Made by a program: the position numbers and the translations under genes
Part shown: in pieces, positions 26,910-27,654 of the stretch
Position numbering within the stretch: the stretch's first letter is position 1
Layout of the letters: the number at the start of each line of letters is the position of its first letter
Virus record (IMG/VR): IMGVR_UViG_3300044513_001444
Span: 1 to 27,654 of that record
Direction: 5' to 3' (one strand)
DNA: 27,654 nucleotides
From: a virus
Taxonomy: Duplodnaviria; Caudoviricetes
Notes under the pieces: model-generated
Databases searched by the model: none
What the model was told of the DNA's origin: nothing
What the model saw: the letters and a program-made list of their open reading frames with translations, nothing else

Positions 26910-26938
26910 ATTCTAACAGTATTATGTAGGTTAGTCAA
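26910..26938 (-). promoter_or_regulatory. Sigma70-type (host RNAP) promoter for the glycosyltransferase cluster
   Basis: TTGACT (26938-26933), 17-nt spacer, TAGAAT (26915-26910) with an extended -10 TG. The -10 lies about 24 nt upstream of the ATG. Confidence 0.75.
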
Positions 26939-27099
26939 TATGACGCCTCTTTGAATTTCTCTTCTTTTACTCTGATAATATCATGATCCACAACATTGAT
27001 CTCATCACTCAGAAGTTTCTCGATAAGAGAGTCGTTACTGAGATTATGAGCGACGACTTTGTTATCTCTATCGTAGACATGATAGATTGATTCATTCAT
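26935..27099 (-). CDS. Small hypothetical protein, 54 aa (not in the ORF track)
   Basis: MNESIYHVYDRDNKVVAHNLSNDSLIEKLLSDEINVVDHDIIRVKEEKFKEASY. GAGGAGG lies upstream, and the start overlaps the previous gene by 8 nt. Confidence 0.78.
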   Translation of the reverse strand: MNESIYHVYDRDNKVVAHNLSNDSLIEKLLSDEINVVDHDIIRVKEEKFKEASY

Positions 27100-27274
27100 C
27101 TTGATATTCCTCCTCTAGGAACACTCCGTCGGCATCGAGATTCATAATGATCTCTGTGCCTTCATACCAATCAAGTTCATTACAGAAACTCTCAGGCAAA
27201 CTTACAACATACTCACTGAAAACTGGATCGAACCTTATGGCGGTTTTAATTCTGTGAGATTTTTTTTCCATCAT
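27092..27274 (-). CDS. AbrB/MazE/SpoVT-like swapped-hairpin DNA-binding protein, 60 aa
   Basis: YVVSLPESFCNELDWYEGTEIIMNLDADGVFL fits the V.(I/L)P......L.W..G..(I/L)......(I/L) pattern of the AbrB/SpoVT fold. Confidence 0.6.
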   Translation of the reverse strand: MMEKKSHRIKTAIRFDPVFSEYVVSLPESFCNELDWYEGTEIIMNLDADGVFLEEEYQDE

Positions 27275-27398
27275 GTGAACCTGTGAGTCACTTTTATATA
27301 TGGAAAAATATTTTTTATTAGAGCGATATCACTCTCTCGAATTTGGTTCGTTGTAGGTTAGAAGGACCCATCGAATTTAAACCACTGTCTTATAAGAA

Positions 27399-27573
27399 TC
27401 AGTGTGATACTCAGTGATACTCAGTGCACTGCATGTAGGTCCCCCTCAGTGTAACTCAGAGTGTCACAGAATGACTGTGAGTTGCTGTTAGTTAACTGCC
27501 TGTCATTTGCTGTCCTGTGTGATGCTCTCACATTATAGCATGGTGTTAGGCAGGGGTGCAATGTGCCTCAGTG
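27399..27573. repeat. Cluster of TCAGTG motifs, including a tandem 10-bp repeat (GTGATACTCA x2)
   Basis: TCAGTG at 27399, 27411, 27421, 27446 and 27568, with the variant TCAGAG at 27456. The tandem repeat spans 27404-27426. Confidence 0.7.
27532..27561 (-). promoter_or_regulatory. Sigma70-type promoter, leftward
   Basis: TTGCAC (27561-27556), 18-nt spacer, TATAAT (27537-27532) with a perfect extended -10 (TGCTATAAT). Confidence 0.65.
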
Positions 27574-27621
27574 TGTCTCATTGGACCTGTGTGGGATTTT
27601 GTACTTTTGTGGGGGTAATAC

Positions 27622-27650
27622 TTGACAAACTGCGAGGTTCATAGTACACT
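27622..27650 (+). promoter_or_regulatory. Sigma70-type promoter, rightward (divergent)
   Basis: TTGACA (27622-27627), 17-nt spacer, TACACT (27645-27650). Confidence 0.7.
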
Positions 27651-27654
27651 CGCT

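Noticed and set aside
25912-26916. 334-aa plus-strand ORF antisense to the glycosyltransferase and the 53-aa gene
   Set aside because: It is in exact codon register with two real minus-strand genes that share a frame. Biased codon usage explains the lack of stops, and it has no recognisable motifs or RBS.
27260-27267. A8 homopolymer at the start of the AbrB-like gene as a phase-variation tract
   Set aside because: It is short, simply encodes Glu-Lys-Lys in an AT-rich genome, and the frame is intact.
27399-27480. Possible CRISPR array or tRNA in the repeat-rich region
   Set aside because: The repeats are only 6-10 bp with no unique spacers, and there is no cloverleaf or T-loop consensus.

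Overview
This window looks like part of a T4-like cyanophage (Synechococcus/Prochlorococcus myovirus, Kyanoviridae-like) genome. Nearly all genes lie on the minus strand. In transcription order (right to left) it holds a non-coding, repeat-rich region with divergent sigma70-type promoters (about 27275-27654), then a cluster of small genes (AbrB/SpoVT-like protein, a GT-A type glycosyltransferase-like protein, several conserved hypotheticals). The baseplate module follows: gp25, gp6, a 4148-aa gp7, gp8 and a 2433-aa DUF4815/VrlC-like protein, then small virion-associated genes running off the left edge. I found five short CDSs missing from the supplied ORF track. I also found six T4-type late promoter cores (NNTAAATA), each shortly upstream of a start codon, a two-hairpin leader, and a nested repeat in gp7. 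All family calls come from motif recognition and gene order; no database searches were run.
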